Source: Macrostomum lignano (taxonomy: Eukaryota). Taken from it: a DNA stretch of 64,000 nt. The position numbers were made by a program, and so were the translations under genes. Below, piece after piece: positions 12,458 to 32,426 of this stretch. The DNA lies in assembly GCA_002269645.1 (NCBI GenBank), contig NIVC01001529.1, forward strand, positions 41,317-105,316. Direction: 5' to 3'. The stretch's first letter is position 1. The number at the start of each line of letters is the position of its first letter. The notes below the pieces were generated by a model. That model did not search any database. It was given only the letters and a program-made list of their open reading frames with translations, and was not told the DNA's origin.

Positions 12458-14029
12458 TCAGGGGCTCCTGATGCTACCAGTATTGCATGCGATGCCCACA
12501 GCCTTAATCTCTTCATTCACCTTCATGAGCGGCTTGCTCTGTAAAAATGGTAAATAATTTACCCCGCAGAGATGCTCGCCAGCTGTGCTCTGAGAGGCTG
12601 AAATAAAATCCCTGCTTTTCAGGTTGCTCTCTGTGCGTTTCCTTGAAAAGTGAACTAATCCTCTGGCTATGTATTCTCAATAAAATTCGATTCCCCAGAG
12701 CGTGTTCTCAGGGATGAAAGCTTTTTGAATAGCTCAACAATAATTAGCTATATGCCTCATTTCACTGCTTGCTTTGGGTAATATTTTATCCTGTCATGCT
12801 ACTGAAACACCGATAATGAATACTGTAGGACCTGCTAAAAGCTGAGCGGTTATGAGTGATTTGGTCTTATTACCAATATACTACTTACTGAGTAGCTTAA
12901 AACTCCCTCATTTGTCTCGAGATAATAACGTCACTTCTCAATTCAACACAATACTTAATATAACTGATCAACTGACTCACTGACTCAGTGTAGCGGTGTA
13001 TGTACAGTGTAGCGGTGTATGTACAGTGTAGCGGTGTATGTACAGTGTAGCGGTGTATGTACAGTGTAGCGGTGTATGTACAGTGTAGCGGTGTATGTAC
13101 AGTGTAGCGGTGTATGTACAGTGTAGCGGTGTATGTACAGTGTAGCGGTGTATGTACAGTGCAGCGGTGTATGTACAGTGTAGCAGTGTATGTACAGTGT
13201 AGCGGTGTATGTACAGTGTAGCGGTGTATGTACAGTGTAGCGGTGTATGTACAGTGTAGCGCTGTATGTAGTTTGTTGGTCCTAGTGTCATAAAAATATT
13301 TAATGATTGACATCTCGAGATTTTTTCAGTCAAAATATTATTTTGATAAAATACTATATTTTCAAATGGTTATGTAAAAGGAGCTTTATGTATCCTTTAT
13401 GTAAAAGGATTTCATTTACTAAATCATTCCTACTTTTGAAATTTTATCTCCATTGTCAAAATATGGAAAGAAGAAGACAAATTTTCATCACTTAGGCAAT
13501 CTCATAATAGGCCTTAGCGAGGTAGAAAGGTCACGAGCTTACCGCGACCCGACAATTCCGACGGCTCATCGGGGCCCTCCGGCAGCTCCGCGGCAACTCC
13601 GGCAGCTCCGGCAACTCCGGCAACTCCGGCAGCGGGCTCAGCGGCACCCGAAGCCGTTGAGGCGGTGGAGCTTCCTTCGATTCGAAATCTTTGGTGGAAG
13701 CGGCGGCGGCGGCCGTCGCAGTTGCCTCGGCTCGTCGTTCTCGGGCTGCTGGCGCTGCCGTTGCCACCTCCTTCCGTGGCTGGACGCCGCGAGCGAGTAA
13801 CCAGTCGTCGACCGCGGGTGTGACCGTCAGGAGCTCCGCCCAGTCGACCAGCAGGTCAGCCATTCGCTGGTGGCAGAGCTGCTTCTCCCGCTTGGCCCTG
13901 CTTTGAATGTCGGCAATCAGCAGGTCCTTGGAGCGCTGCAGACTGCGATTTCTGGCGAGCATCTTCGCCAAGGTGCTGGCGGTTGTGCGGGCTGCCTGAT
14001 CTGCGTCCAGCCTCTTTATCAGTGAGAGC
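12458..14029 (-). CDS. Unassigned gene fragment: helical/coiled-coil exon ~13543..14029 and possible terminal exon 12458..12538
   Basis: GC-rich open frame LIKRLDADQAARTTASTLAKMLARNRSLQRSKDLL..VDDWLLARG ends at donor GCG|GTAAGC (13542). Phase-0 acceptor ttttacag at 12539 gives SKPLMKVNEEIKAVGIACNTGSIRSP*. No family recognised and 5' end not found. Confidence 0.35.
12986..13270. repeat. 19-bp minisatellite gtgtagcggtgtatgtaca
   Basis: About 15 copies, seen directly. Confidence 0.95.
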
Positions 14030-15091
14030 CTGCTCGGGTTTTTACGACCTCAAAGCTTGAGAAAAGAAGATGACAAAAGGTGTGAAAACACTGAAACTTA
14101 TATAGCCATTTTTCCTGCGTTTATTACTCCGCACAATGTGCCCCCTCCCCTCTCTGCCCCATTCGTAATTTTACACAACGGAGTCGTAAAAACCCGTAGA
14201 GAGCCGAAATCTCACTTGGCCCATTGGAGCACTAATCGCAGTGTTGAGGTTTTGTGAAGAGCTATTTCCAATAAGAAATGATAGAGTGCATCTGCACATG
14301 CAGCTTATTGAGCGCAAGCTGCATGTCTAAGCTTTGTGGGAGAGCAGCTTCTTTAGTTTAACCTTCCCCATCCCTCTCCCTAATCCGGCCACGTCCCTCA
14401 CTCCGTGTGACAGGCAGCTAAAATGAGACACGTTGAGTGCCTGCCCGCCACTCTGTCCAAAAAGATTCCAAATAAAGAAAGGCGATCTCAACAAAAGCAA
14501 AAAGGGAAAACACGACGACTGCATGCGAGCGCTACGCACTGGAATGGGGAAGGACTGCTGTGGGACCCCGCCAAAACTTGGTGAAGATGAGGCTGACCGC
14601 ACCGCTGAGTTCTAGGCATGACCTAAGATGTCCACCAGCTCGCGTGTATTTACACGACTGTGGTGTCTTATGGCAGAATTAGCGACAAGTAGCTAGAGCA
14701 AGGAGGCATGGAGCGTTCAGTGAGCGATTACCTACCTGTCTGTCTACAGTTCATTGGCTAGTCTACCTGCCCCTCCCATGCAGTTCCATTTCGAGAGCTC
14801 AGGGGGCAGAATCTGTCTAATTGGAGCAAGGCTGCGGGTGGAGAGAATGTGGAGCATGCAGCTCATTTTCGGGGCTCACAGGGGGATCGGAGCCGAGATG
14901 CCCGGTCAAATGAAAAGCCGTCAGCCCGGCTGGGGCACGCAGGCTGTCGATTTTTTGTTCTTCTGCTTCCGTAATGGAAGCCGTTTGGCGCTAATTATCT
15001 TCCAAAAGGTAGTCACCATTGGGACAGTCACAATTAGCCATCGTTCTTTAAAGTTGCTCGCGCAGGAGCAACCGTTGAGCTGAGCATCCGC

Positions 15092-23378
<8,287 letters not shown>

Positions 23379-23754
23379 TTGCTTCTTTGGGCGTCCGGAG
23401 ATGGATCAAGGAAATTTTAACTATTGCTGGATGATTAAATATCATAAATATGTTTGTTTTATGCATCGTTTGTGTTTTTTGTCTTGCAAAAATATCTAAA
23501 ATCTGTTTTATGTTGTTGAAAGAAAAAGTTCAATTATCGCATGACTTTAGCGACCCGGCTCCTCAAGAACTGAAGTCGAATAAAAATAAAAGAAATTAGA
23601 AATATTTAACTATTGTACAAAATTGAGGAGAGTAAAGTTTCGCTTGCAAAATATTTATTGAGAAGTTGACGAGAGGGTGTTGATTGAAAGGTGTCGATGC
23701 TGACACATTCTACTGGTAAGAGGTTTGTTAGCAAAAGGTCAGAATATGAAGAAG

Positions 23755-23940
23755 TCAGTGGTTAGACGTCAGTATAAGAAGACGTCAGTAGAAAGACGTC
23801 AGTAGAGGGACGTCAGTAGGAAGACGTCATTAGGAATACGTCAGTAGAAAGACGTCAGTAGAAAGACGTTAGTAGGAAGACGTCAGTAGGAATTGACGTC
23901 AGTAGGAAGATGTCAGTAGGAGAAGACATCTCAGTAGGAG
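23755..23940. repeat. Degenerate ~14-15-bp repeat with gacgtcagtag core
   Basis: Seen directly, downstream of the Amt stop. Confidence 0.8.
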
Positions 23941-24769
23941 TAGGTATCCATGTTGAGAAGACGTGGATAGGAAGCCAGGTTGTTGGGTTCTAATAAATAA
24001 TGACCAAGCGGTTGCTTTTGCGAAATGTATTCAACAAATCTCAGTAAGGCAGTTATATTTAATCAAAAACACTTTTCTCTTGAGAAGTAGAAAGCATAAA
24101 AAGTGAAGCTTAAGAATGACTTGACATGAAAAAAATATTTCAACTTCCAACCAGCAGAGATTTTGTGCATGGCGATACTGTTAGGATTTGGGCAAACAAG
24201 TAAAAAATAATTAACTATATATTAAAGTATCTCGATTTCGCAAACAAATTTGATGATGGTAAAGTACATGATTGATACAAAAAGTTAAAAAAAGTATCAC
24301 AAATGGGAAATACATGCTTTCGACACGTTAACTCGAACAACTGATCGTGGATTGGATCGTCAAAGGTTCGGAAATTCGCTTACATGTAATTGTATGGGCG
24401 ACAGGGGCAGACAGAACAGTAACCAATTCTGGAATAAACAGCAGTGCGAGATGAACTGACCTCAATAGTTGGAACATTCCTGAATTTCGCGACATTGATG
24501 ACTGAAAACGTCGAACAAAACAGATCCCAATGAGCCTAATTGATTAGTTATTATGGTCTAATTTTCGTTTCAAACTTTGCTATTTTCTTTGTCAATCTTT
24601 GTTAATTTACCAAAGTAATAGCTTTAAAGTGATCTTTAAAAGTATAAAGAAGGTAAGAAATCGCTAATATTGTGCTTAAACCCACGAAAATAGCCTACAT
24701 CATTGAGGCTTTTCGAAACGACATCGAAATTTTAAATAGATTCCCATAAGATCTGAAGCGTTTAATTTG

Positions 24770-25245
24770 AGCATCAGCGGTCTTTGTACCGAGCTCAGTC
24801 AGAACCTTCTGCTGCGCCGATGCCCCGGTCGATGCTTGTCGGCCGCTCTTTACCGCCGCTGCCACCGCTACCGCCACCGCCGCCTGCGGTGCCGTACTTC
24901 GGCACGTTGATAACCAACCCGCGCTCCTGGCTGGCGGCTCCCCAGCCGGCCGCCGGTCCAACAGCGCCCGAAGGGGAGGCCGCGCCGAAGCCCGCGCCGC
25001 CGCCTCCGCCTCGTTCGGCCAGCAGCCGCAGGTCAGCGGGCTCTCGAATCGGTCGAGGCCGCTGCTGCCCGCCGTGCTGGCCCGCATGGCCGAGGACGTC
25101 AAAATCGCGCAGGTCAGCGCCACGTCGCAGAGAGGCCGCCGTGGTCGGAAGTGGCCACCAGGTGCAGCTGTGGTGCAGCCGCTTCGCCAGGCGGACCTCG
25201 GCAGCCGGCCAGCCGAGATGGCGGCGACCTGACGATGTTGAGGAG
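24770..25245. other. GC-rich exon-like block, product and strand unresolved
   Basis: Sharp GC island with long open frames on both strands; no family motif I can confirm. Confidence 0.3.
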
Positions 25246-25250
25246 CAATC

Positions 25251-25972
25251 TGTCTCAGTGTGTGTCTTAGCGTATTAGTGTCCGTCTTAGTGTCTTTTTT
25301 AGTGTCCATCTTAGTGTCTTAGTGTCCGTCTTAGTGTCTGTCTTATTGTCTGTCTTAGTGTCCGTCTTAGTGTCTCTCTTAGTGTCTGTCTTAGTTTCCG
25401 TCTTAGTGTCTGTCTTAGTGTCTGTCTCAGTGTCTTAGTGGCCGTCTTAGTGTCCGTATTAGTGTCTATCTTAGTGTCTCTTATTGTCTGTCTTAGTGTC
25501 TTNNNNNNNNNNNNNNNNNNNNNNNNNNNNNNNNNNNNNNNNNNNNNNNNNNNNNNNNNNNNNNNNNNNNNNNNNNNNNNNNNNNNNNNNNNNNNNNNNN
25601 NNNNNNNNNNNNNNNNNNNNNNNNNNNNNNNNNNNNNNNNNNNNNNNNNNNNNNNNNNNNNNNNNNNNNNNNNNNNNNNNNNNNNNNNNNNNNNNNNNNN
25701 NNNNNNNNNNNNNNNNNNNNNNNNNNNNNNNNNNNNNNNNNNNNNNNNNNNNNNNNNNNNNNNNNNNNNNNNNNNNNNNNNNNNNNNNNNNNNNNNNNNN
25801 NNNNNNNNNNNNNNNNNNNNNNNNNNNNNNNNNNNNNNNNNNNNNNNNNNNNNNNNNNNNNNNNNNNNNNNNNNNNNNNNNNNNNNNNNNNNNNNNNNNN
25901 NNNNNNNNNNNNNNNNNNNNNNNNNNNNNNNNNNNNNNNNNNNNNNNNNNNNNNNNNNNNNNNNNNNNNNNN
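25251..25972. repeat. ~12-bp tgtcttag-type array (25251..25502) running into an assembly gap of Ns (25503..25972)
   Basis: Seen directly. Confidence 0.95.
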
Positions 25973-26382
25973 GTATCAATCTCATCGATCTTCTCTTGCT
26001 TATGGAGACCTCAATCAAAAGAAAATCCATTGTTGAACTTCAGATCCAAAAACCACAGATTCATTGACCCAACTCAACAAAGACAAATCAAACTATTTTA
26101 TTTTCATACTGCTCTGTTTACTGTTGTGGCAAAGCTCACACGGAATGGGAATGGTTCTTATCTGGCTATGCACTGCAATATCAGGAGTTTTCCAGACTAA
26201 GAGCTGTTTTTGTCTTCCCCGGAGCGGCCTGTCTAGCATATTTCCTCCTTTCCTCCAGTGCTCTCAACTGGGCGGGGGGGATGCGCTTTCACAAGACCTA
26301 TAAATTGCCAGTGTTGGCCATTGTAAATAAAAGTACTTCAGTGTTAAGTGTCTTTGTCTCGGTAGAAATGTTAAGTGTTGCG

Positions 26383-26740
26383 GGGGCCGTAGCCCAGCGC
26401 GTAGCGCAGCTGCTCTGGTGTGCCGCGACCCAGGCTCGATTCCAAGTGCAGTCACATTAATTTGGGGCTGGATTGGAATCTTGGCTTGGCCTCTGCTTGT
26501 GCAATTAACGGCCTGAGAGCCAACCCCCAAGGCACAGTGAAGTGTACATGCCTAACGATAAAAATAAAGTTAGGGCCGCTGTACACTCCTGTGTGAGTGT
26601 GTGCCTGCGTAACGTATCCGCGCGCTTGTATGCCTGCTCAGGGGAGTCGGCGGAATGGGCAGTAAGGCCTCTCGCCGGGTTGTGTGCCTTTGTCGCTTAA
26701 GTGCGCCGGGGTGCACACAACCCCCCTGCCTCTAAAAAAA
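26383..26740 (+). mobile_element. tRNA-headed SINE, copy 2 (full length, A tail, target-site duplication)
   Basis: A/B-box-like head and A7 tail; 14-bp TSD with one mismatch: aaatgttaagtgtt (26366..26379) and aaatgttaactgtt (26738..26751). Confidence 0.9.
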
Positions 26741-27367
26741 TGTTAACTGTTAAAACCTCTATTGTTGTACAGTTTAGGTGTCATGAACCCCCTTATCACA
26801 TGAGCTCGCGAACTGGCCGTACTTTGTTATATCCGTAAAAACGGTACAAATTAAAATTTAGTACCTTTTAGCTACGGCACGAAGACTCCCCACGGCTAAA
26901 CCGTGGCCAGCACGTGGAATTTAATTGGAATTCCTGTGGACACGGCCGCCATTTTTATCATCTACTTCAGCTATCTAGTAGAACAACCGTCAGAACTACT
27001 CAAATTCGAAAGGGAACTTCGAAAATGTAAGCTCACATGCAGCTAAAAACGAGAAAAATCAAGAAGAAATTTAATAATAATTTCCGTCGCTTTCTAAGAA
27101 AGGTATGTCGCGTCGTTTAATTAAGAGTTCAACTGAGCAGCACGATGATTTGGTATTGTAAATAAACGATGTCTCAGTCTCGATATATTAATCATAAACG
27201 ATGCTAACACAAACGAAGCTCAATATATAATTATTAACGCATTGGGGTGGCGGGGCGCACGGGGTACGAAATCGGGGTGGTGGGTACACTGGATGTACAG
27301 TCAATATTTCAATAGTCAATCAGCTAGTCACTTAGTCATAAGTACAGCGGTAGAATCCAGCGCTGCC

Positions 27368-30309
27368 TCATCTCCCCCCTTCGAAACGGATAGGGGGTAC
27401 GCCTCGAGTTGACCGAGCTGGGTAGCGACGTACTGCTGTTTGACTTGGGCCTTGTTCGGATTCGGTGGGCGGGTCCCGACTGAGTTCGCCAGGCGGGTCC
27501 TGACCGAGTTCGCCAGGCGGGTCCTGACCGAGTTCGCCAGGCGGGTCCTGACCGAGTTCGCCAGGCGGGTCCTGACCGAGTTCGCCAGGCGGGTCCTGAC
27601 GAGTTCGCCAGGTGGGTCCTGACCGAGTTCGCCAGGCGGGTCCTGACCGAGGCCGCAGGGCGGATCCTGACCAAGCTCGATAGGTAGGCTCCGGCCGAAT
27701 CGGTTTGGCTGGACCTGGTCTTCTACAACGCGTCTCAGCTGATCCGCATGCGCCAGGGCGATGCGACCGCCTTGACGAGCGATTAGGGCGGTGTTGGTTC
27801 CCTTCTGCACGACGAACTCAGCTCGCTCCTGACGCTGCTGATCACCAGGCGTGTACCACAGGCTCGCTCCGATTGGTGTGCGCATGGTTATCGGGTTGCG
27901 TAATTGTCGACCCATGAGCTGTGACGGGCTCTGCTGGCGCCCAGCATGCGGCACACACCTGTAGTTTAGGAGTACCCTGGACAGGAACGACTCGTAGCTT
28001 TCGGACTGGTCCCACGCCGCAGATGCTCTCTTGATAGACTGGACCATCCGCTCGGCCAAGCCGTTAGACTGAGGGTGTCGCGGGTGAGTCTTGATGGCGC
28101 GGCAGCCGATTCTTTCCAGCCAGGCGATCAGATTGGCGTCGTGGAACTCGGCGGCGTTGTCGCTGACCAGCACATGAGGCACGCCGTTCCTAGCAAAGAC
28201 TGTCTGCAACACCCGCTTGACTGTCGCCGCGTCCCTGTTTTGCACTCGTACAGCCTCGGGCCAGCCGGACATAGCGTCAACTAGAATGAGCAGGAGTCCG
28301 ACCCTCGGCACACACGCATGATCCATGTGGACCCTGTGCCACGGCTTTTCCTCGTCGGGCCACCTGTGGACACTCTCCAGACCACTCGGGCGCAGTCTTG
28401 AGCAGGTCGGGCAACCTCGAACGTAGGCCTCGACGTCGCTGCAATAGCCGGGCCACCAGGCTGAGTTCTGTAGGCGAGCGCGCGTTGAGCCAGATCCCTG
28501 ATGCGTATCGTGCACAATTCCAAGAACGCCTTGTCGGAGGACAGCCGGGATGACTGGGCGATCACCGTAGCAGAGAACTCCGTCGTCGGTCGTGAGGGCG
28601 TGTCGGATGGCCTTGAAAGGTCGTTCGGCTGGCGAGCAGTTTGACCATCTGTTGACAGCAACGCGTTTCATGACATCAAGCAGCAGTCGGTCCCTTTGGG
28701 TCTCTGATTTCAGCTCCTGCCACGGGATCACAGCCTCGCCAGTCCAGTGAATGATGCTTTCCGGCCGCTCTGTCAGCTCGGTGTCGCTGTCACCTTCAAA
28801 ATCCAGCCGCGAAAGTGCATCTACTTGCGGAATCGATTCGCCTTTAGTGTAGACGATGTCATAGTCAAAGGCCATCAGTTTGATTGCCCATCGGAGAAGT
28901 CTCGCATTGGCAACCTTCGGCAGCTGGCGCCTCGACCCGAAGATGAATTCCAGCGGGCGATGATCCGTTCTGAGTGTGAAGCGCGACCCTAATAGGAACT
29001 GTTTCGCACGCTCCATAGCCCAAACGATCGCCAGCGCCTCTCTCTCGATGTTTGAATACCCTGCTTCTGCACTGCTCAGTTTCCGGCTGAAGTACATGAT
29101 CGGGTGGTTGCCCTGCGAGAGGATCGCTCCGATGGCTTTCTCGCTAGCATCGGTAGTGAGCGTGGTCTCTTTGTGCTTGTCATACGGCTTGATTACAGGC
29201 TCGCTGCAGAGCAGATCCTTGATTCGCGTGAAGGCAGCTTCCTGGGCTGGGCCCCAGACGAACTCAACGTTTCGGCCCCGGAGTTGATTGAGCGGTTCTA
29301 TGACGTCAGAGTAATTCTTAATAAACCTCCCGAAGAAGTTGGAAAGTCCTAGAAACGATTCGAGCTGCTTTCTGTCCTTCGGCGAGTTCACTGAGCGAAT
29401 TTTTCCGACCAGATTGGGGTCCGGGGTGATCCCGCTCGCGCTGATGCTGTAGCCGAGGAATCTGACCTCCGTTGCGCTTAGATTGGACTTTTCTAGGTTG
29501 ATCGTCATTCCAGCAGTTCGCATCGTCTGGAGAACGTGCTGCACTTTGCTCCTTAATTCGGCGTTGGACTTCGCTCCCAGGAGGACGTCATCCTGGTAGA
29601 CAATCTTGTTGCTGACATCCTGTAGGATTGTTTCCATGGCTTTCTGGAAAATGGCCGATGCAGATTTCAGCCCGGGAACCAGCCTTTTGTAGCGGAAGAG
29701 ACCCAAAGGTGTCGCGATTGTCGTCACCTCTCGGCTATCTTCATCGAGTTCGATTTGCAGGTAAGCATCAGAGAGATCCAGTTTAGCAAAGTGCGACATG
29801 CCTGCTATCTCAGAAAAAATCGTCTCCATTTCCGGGATCGGGTAGGTGTCATTGCATATCTGGTGATTGACACCAGCTTTAAAATCGGCACAGACACGAA
29901 CCTTTCCATTTGGCTTGAGCACGTTGACAATAGGCGATGCCCACTGGCTGCCTCCGGGAGGGACCGCCTCAATGATACCCTCGGATTCCATTCTTTGCAG
30001 CTCGCGCACCACCAAGTCTCTGAGGTGTAGCGGCACGGACCGGGCAGCACAATAGAACGCTTTGGCTCCTTCCACCAGTCTAATCTTAGCTTTGAACCCT
30101 TTGAGGCATCCGAGCTGTTGGACCGCGTTGATGGTGACCGCGTCTTCTTGGAGCTTTATGTTGTCCATGCCAAGCAGACCGTGCTTCTTCTCCGCGGCGG
30201 TGACAACCAGGCAATCGTGACGAATTTCGAGTTGGTCTCGAGTGACGCAGTGAATTCCCCGAGGCAGGCGATGCTGGAGCCGTCGAACTGCCGGAGAATT
30301 CTCCTGCAC
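27368..30309 (-). CDS. pol: Retrotransposon Pol (protease C-terminus, RT, RNase H, integrase); last segment in the -1 frame
   Basis: WASPIV, YQDD, TDAS, HHCC (HDTHQG..CPTC), DDE (HMDH, SDN, GLAER). After a 1-nt loss near 27600 the natural frame ends VRRYPARSTRGVPPIRFEGGR* at 27368. Confidence 0.93.
27475..27655. repeat. 24-bp tandem repeat (GQDPPGEL) within the integrase C-terminal tail
   Basis: ggtcctgaccgagttcgccaggcg, about 7 copies, one unit short by 1 nt. Confidence 0.9.
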
Positions 30310-31259
30310 TTGCGTAGGGTGGGCCGGCCCAGCTGGCGCCAGAGGTTCTGCGGAATCAGGCTGATCTCAGCTCCGGTGTTGACTTGCATTGAGATACCCT
30401 GGCCGTTGATTTTGATGGTCTTGAAGAGGCCCGTTTTAGCTCTGTTGGGGCTAAGAGTATACACGTCTGCTTCTTCTGCATCGACTGCGATTTCCTGATG
30501 GACAGCTCGTGATCTGCAGACAGCCGCAAAGTGATTTCTTTTTTGGCACTTGGAGCATTTTTTGCCGTAGGCTGGGCAGTTGCCCCTCAGGTGATTGGCG
30601 CCGCAGAACCCACATTTGATTGACGGCTGCGGCTTTGCAGGTGAGGAGACTCCCCTTTGTTGACCAGCGAAGGCGATGTCAGCAGGAGCCGGCGTGTTGT
30701 AGTCACGGATCTGCTCAAGCTGCTGCAAATTCTGCAAAATCCTGTCGAGTGGCGTTTCTCCATCTTCGTTTTGTAGGCGCTCCAAGATTCTTTTTTTGTG
30801 CTCTGAGGAGTTGAGGCCGTCAATTAATCGCATGGTAATCATGTCGTCCTCCTTTGTCTGCTTGCTGCCCAGCTTTTCAAACTCGCAGTGTGACGTAGCA
30901 GCCCTCAGCCTCCGGTAGTAGGCTATGACGGTCTCACCCGATTCCTGCTTCAAGCTGAGGAACCTGGTGCGTTCGGCAATTACAAGTGACTTTTTCGGCC
31001 GGATCGTCTCGTCAACTAGCTTTTTGATGTCATCGAATTTCATCTCATCCAGTTTTTTTGGTGCTGCCATTAGGGATAGCGTGCGAATTGCCTGAAGGCC
31101 GGCCTTAGATAAAAATAGGTCAGTTTTGTCCCGAGCCTCATCCGAGTCTGTTAGCTTTTTGATGCGCGCTGTGGCTGAGAGTCGCTGCATCCATGCTTCG
31201 GCCATGTCGGCGTCGTCCAAATTGAGTTCATGACTAAGCCTTTCTGCTTGCGACGCCAT
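30156..31259 (-). CDS. gag: Retrotransposon Gag with two CCHC knuckles, plus N-terminal part of the aspartic protease
   Basis: CGFCGANHLRGNC and CSKCQKRNHFAAVC; the protease motif reads VNTGA instead of VDTGA. Confidence 0.9.
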   Translation of the reverse strand: MASQAERLSHELNLDDADMAEAWMQRLSATARIKKLTDSDEARDKTDLFLSKAGLQAIRTLSLMAAPKKLDEMKFDDIKKLVDETIRPKKSLVIAERTRFLSLKQESGETVIAYYRRLRAATSHCEFEKLGSKQTKEDDMITMRLIDGLNSSEHKKRILERLQNEDGETPLDRILQNLQQLEQIRDYNTPAPADIAFAGQQRGVSSPAKPQPSIKCGFCGANHLRGNCPAYGKKCSKCQKRNHFAAVCRSRAVHQEIAVDAEEADVYTLSPNRAKTGLFKTIKINGQGISMQVNTGAEISLIPQNLWRQLGRPTLRKCRRILRQFDGSSIACLGEFTASLETNSKFVTIAWLSPPRRRSTVCLAWTT

Positions 31260-31874
31260 TGTCGCGTCGTTTAATTAAGAGTTCAACTGAGCAACACGAT
31301 GATTTGGTATTGTAAATAAACGATGTCTCAGTCTCGATATATTAATCATAAACGATGCTAACACAAACGAAGCTCAATATATAATTATTAACGCATTGGG
31401 GTGGCGGGGCGCACGGGGTACGAAATCGGGGTGGTGGGTACACTGGATGTACAGTCAATATTTCAATAGTCAATCAGCTAGTCACTTAGTCATAAGTACA
31501 GCGGTAGAATCCAGCGCTGCCTCAGGTAAGTTGCTCAATTTCTTGGTTAAATGCAGTAGCTAATTTACAAAGACCGAGTTTGGAATCATGATTAGAAAAT
31601 ATATTTACTGTGCCTATATGTAGCTATAATGCTGGTGCAAAGACCATTACTGGGAATTAGAAGTAAGACATTTCAAAGTTAAATTAGCTACTCAATAAAA
31701 TGCATTGAACATAGCTAAAATTATTAGATAAATATAGCCAAAAATGTGACAAACATGAATTATTATAATTATACACTGCAATAATGTTGCTAAAATGAGT
31801 CAGAATAAGCTTGATTTTGATTATTGCATTTGCATTTTTTAGGAATTATGAGCCTTCAAATATTTTCTAGTAGC

Positions 31875-32300
31875 CATGAGGTTCTCATAGAATTAGGGGT
31901 CATGAGGTGCTCATAGGAATAAGGATTGTCATGAGGTGCTCATAGGAATAAGGATTGTCATGAGGTGCTCATAGAATTAGGGGTCATGAGGTGCTCATAT
32001 TATTAGGGGTCATGAGGTGTTCATATTTTTAGGGGTCATGAGTGCTCATACGAATAAGGATTGTCATGAGGTGCTCATAGAATTAGGGGTCATGAGGTGC
32101 TCAGAATTAGAGATTGTCCTAAGGTGCTCATATTATTAGGGGTCATGTGGTGTTCATATTTTTAGGGTCATGAGTGCTCATATGACTATTGGGATTGTCA
32201 TGAGGTACTCATAGGATTAATTGGGGCTGTCTTAAGGTCCTCATAGGATTAAAGAGGTTGTAATGAGGTACTCATGGGATCAGGGGATTGTCATGAGATG
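31875..32300. repeat. Degenerate ~28-bp repeat with gtcatgaggtgctcata core
   Basis: Seen directly. Confidence 0.8.
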
Positions 32301-32426
32301 CTCATAGGAGGAGACTGAGCCATCAAAGTGTTCCATAAGCATGTGTTCCACCCCTTCAAATCGTATTGAAGCTCAGATCTCCCAACCCATACCTCAACCT
32401 CAGAACTGAGACCTGAGACCTCTGAA

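Larger units (their letters stand above)
27106..31524 (-). mobile_element. Full-length Ty3/gypsy LTR retrotransposon (Mag-like), 4419 bp
   Basis: 265-bp LTRs at 27106..27370 and 31260..31524, TG...CA, one mismatch seen (gagcagcac vs gagcaacac). 4-bp TSD GGTA. PBS-like TGGCGTCGC at 31258; PPT AAGGGGGGAGA at 27381..27371. Domain order gag-PR-RT-RH-IN. Confidence 0.97.

Noticed and set aside
25311-26200. ORFs spanning X runs
   Set aside because: Artefacts of the N gap.
30156-30309. Programmed -1 ribosomal frameshift between gag and pol
   Set aside because: The shift falls inside the protease domain, no X XXY YYZ slippery site is visible, and a second identical -1 shift occurs in the integrase tail; a deletion or sequencing error is simpler.
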